Shown: in pieces, positions 62,073 through 64,000 of the stretch
Position numbering within the stretch: position 1 is the stretch's first letter
Layout of the letters: the number at the start of each line of letters is the position of its first letter
NCBI RefSeq assembly: GCF_001194135.2
Contig: NC_068991.1
Location: 7,978,924-8,042,923, forward strand
DNA from: Octopus bimaculoides
Lineage: Eukaryota
Length of the DNA stretch: 64,000 nt
Direction: 5' to 3'
Notes under the pieces: generated by a model
The model's input: only the letters and a program-made list of their open reading frames with translations
What the model was told of the DNA's origin: nothing
Database searches by the model: none
Translations under genes and position numbers: made by a program

Positions 62073-63339
62073 CCTATGTAGATTGAATAACTAAATGACT
62101 GAAGCAAGTTGTATTTTACACAAACTGAACTTTACCCAGATTATCTTAATGCTAATCTGTGGAACTTGCAAGAAACTGCATCAAAAGGAATCTTTCAAGG
62201 AGTGTAGATACTTAAGGAAACAAACTGGCAGGTTTGTGCAGGTGCATTGTAGATCTACTTAGAGAACTAGGATTAGTTGGAAAAGAAAGGATATTAGACG
62301 TGAGAAATGTGCTGGTCTTTCGTTAGTCTTGAGATGTTGTCTTAAAGAAATACATTTCAGATCTGTTTTGTGGGTTTTTTTAAAAAACTTTTTATTTTAA
62401 ATAAAATAAATAAAAAAATGTTTTCTAAACTTAGTTGAATAACTTGCTTCAACAAATATGAATAATAATATTGGAATGTTGAAGACGATCTTGTCTCTAA
62501 TAACAATAGCTGAGCAGATATAAAGACAAATTGTTCCTGTCTGAACGGTTGCTTTGATTTCTGTTGGATATTTTCACTAACAGTGCTTGTCTAGTGCTTA
62601 AAGGTAAAAATGTTTTGTCATTTGTTGCTTGAAGAGCTATTTTCTTCCTGTTTTTTTTTTGTGTGTGTGTCTGAAAGCTGTACATATATTAAAATAAATT
62701 GCTAGTATGTGAATAGTTTTCACTGAAAAAAAAAACTCCCAAAACTCTGGCTACAGAGAAAAAACATATTTGTCTTGTTGAGTTTATCTGAAATGTGAAT
62801 TCAATGAGTTTTATTGGGGTTGTATGTGCTGTTGGCAAAGGCTGTAATGATGGTCGTTAATGCAAATAAACTTAGCGGAGGTAATATTAAAAGTATATTA
62901 ACATAATTGCTGCTTCATCTTGTCCTTAGCTCGAAATACTAAAGGAAGTCAGTCCAATGTCAGTTAGTAGCATTAGCTGAAGTTCATGGGCTAATTTTTT
63001 GCTGACTTCATGTTGAATTGCTGCAAAATAAGAAACTGGGTCGACCGCTCTAGCTTTAGGTCATCAGGTCAAGAGTGATAATTATTTTGAAGGTAATTAA
63101 TTTTATATGTGAGATCATGTACAAATCTTCACACACATCTGCACACACATATAGAAGACTATCTGAATTTTATATAATGCTTTCCTTTCGCTACCACCAT
63201 AGCTACACGTCCCTACATTTACTACAGCAACCCTAAGTGAAGTGCTTGAGCTGACCACTTGAATTGTCTCAAGACATCTCGTTGGTTTACATTATACTTT
63301 TGAGTGGTGCAATCCTTTCCATTATTTATTCATTCCATT

Positions 63340-63349
63340 ATTATTATTA

Positions 63350-63387
<38 letters not shown>
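63340..63387. repeat. (ATT)n microsatellite
   Basis: Seen directly in sequence. Confidence 0.9.
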
Positions 63388-63774
63388 TGTTAGCAGTACT
63401 CTAATTTAGGTTTTCTTTTGCTATTTTGAAGTATTTAGTCTGCCGAGCAACCACACCTTTTTTACTTACAAGTGTTTCATTTGAATATGATTCATAAATA
63501 ACTCTGTGATATCTTATAAAGGATTCTCTGTTATATCTGATTATAACTTTCATCACCTACATGCTTACTTCGTGAATTTTTTTTCTTCAAAGATGCAAAA
63601 ATAAAACCCCGAAAGAAAATAAAAAGATTCACATTAAATTTTCATTACTCATTTAAAGCTACTTTTATTCTGGCTTTGATGGAAAAAGTACAAATAAATG
63701 GAAATTACTGTCTTTCAGTGATCTTTCAAGCCTTCTCAATATACAATTACATCGTATGCTATGGCATTTGACAG

Positions 63775-63935
63775 CATTCTTTTATTCTTTTAGCACATAC
63801 TGGAGCACCACCTTCAGTCAAGCAAATCGACCCCAGGACTTATTCTTTGTAAGCCTAGCACCTATTCTATCGGGCTCTTTTGTGGGGATGTAAACACACC
63901 AACATCAGTTATCAAGCGACAGACACACAAACACA
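63775..63935 (-). mobile_element. Internally deleted SINE A 3' portion
   Basis: tggagcaccaccttcagtcaagcaaatcgaccccaggacttattctttgtaagcctag.. with deleted segments. Confidence 0.75.
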
Positions 63936-64000
63936 TAGTTGCTCCCGCAAAGCAAATTAAATAAAATTTGAATGCCAAAATTGATATAAAGGCCATCTTT

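Overview
AT-rich eukaryotic DNA from a gapped short-read-type assembly (about 15 N-gaps), dense in microsatellites and interspersed repeats. The SINE, MITE and LINE repertoire matches my recollection of Octopus (coleoid cephalopod) repeats. That assignment is inference and was not checked against a database. I could not confidently identify any host protein-coding exon. Almost all ORFs in the supplied track are translations of microsatellites, SINEs or N-gaps. Recognisable coding remnants are all transposon-derived: RTE-type RT fragments (3.74 kb, 6.4-6.7 kb, 31.6 kb, 53.9 kb), a CR1/Jockey-type RT C-terminal remnant (45.9-46.2 kb), the 3' end of an RTE-type ORF2 with three C2H2 fingers (54.8-55.3 kb), and a DD41D (rosa/Visitor) Tc1/mariner transposase fragment that appears internally inverted (37.1-37.3 kb). 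The best evidence for a host gene is a CpG/GC-rich, SINE-free interval at about 24.6-29.7 kb with a promoter-like core at 26.0-26.45 kb. Other structures of note are foldback MITEs, nested insertions with readable TSDs, a TIR element carrying an inverted (CCCTAA)/(TTAGGG) palindrome, a near-perfect 42-bp-arm hairpin and several minisatellites. I did not find evidence for a wholly new biological system. The findings are modest and mostly concern mobile-element structure.
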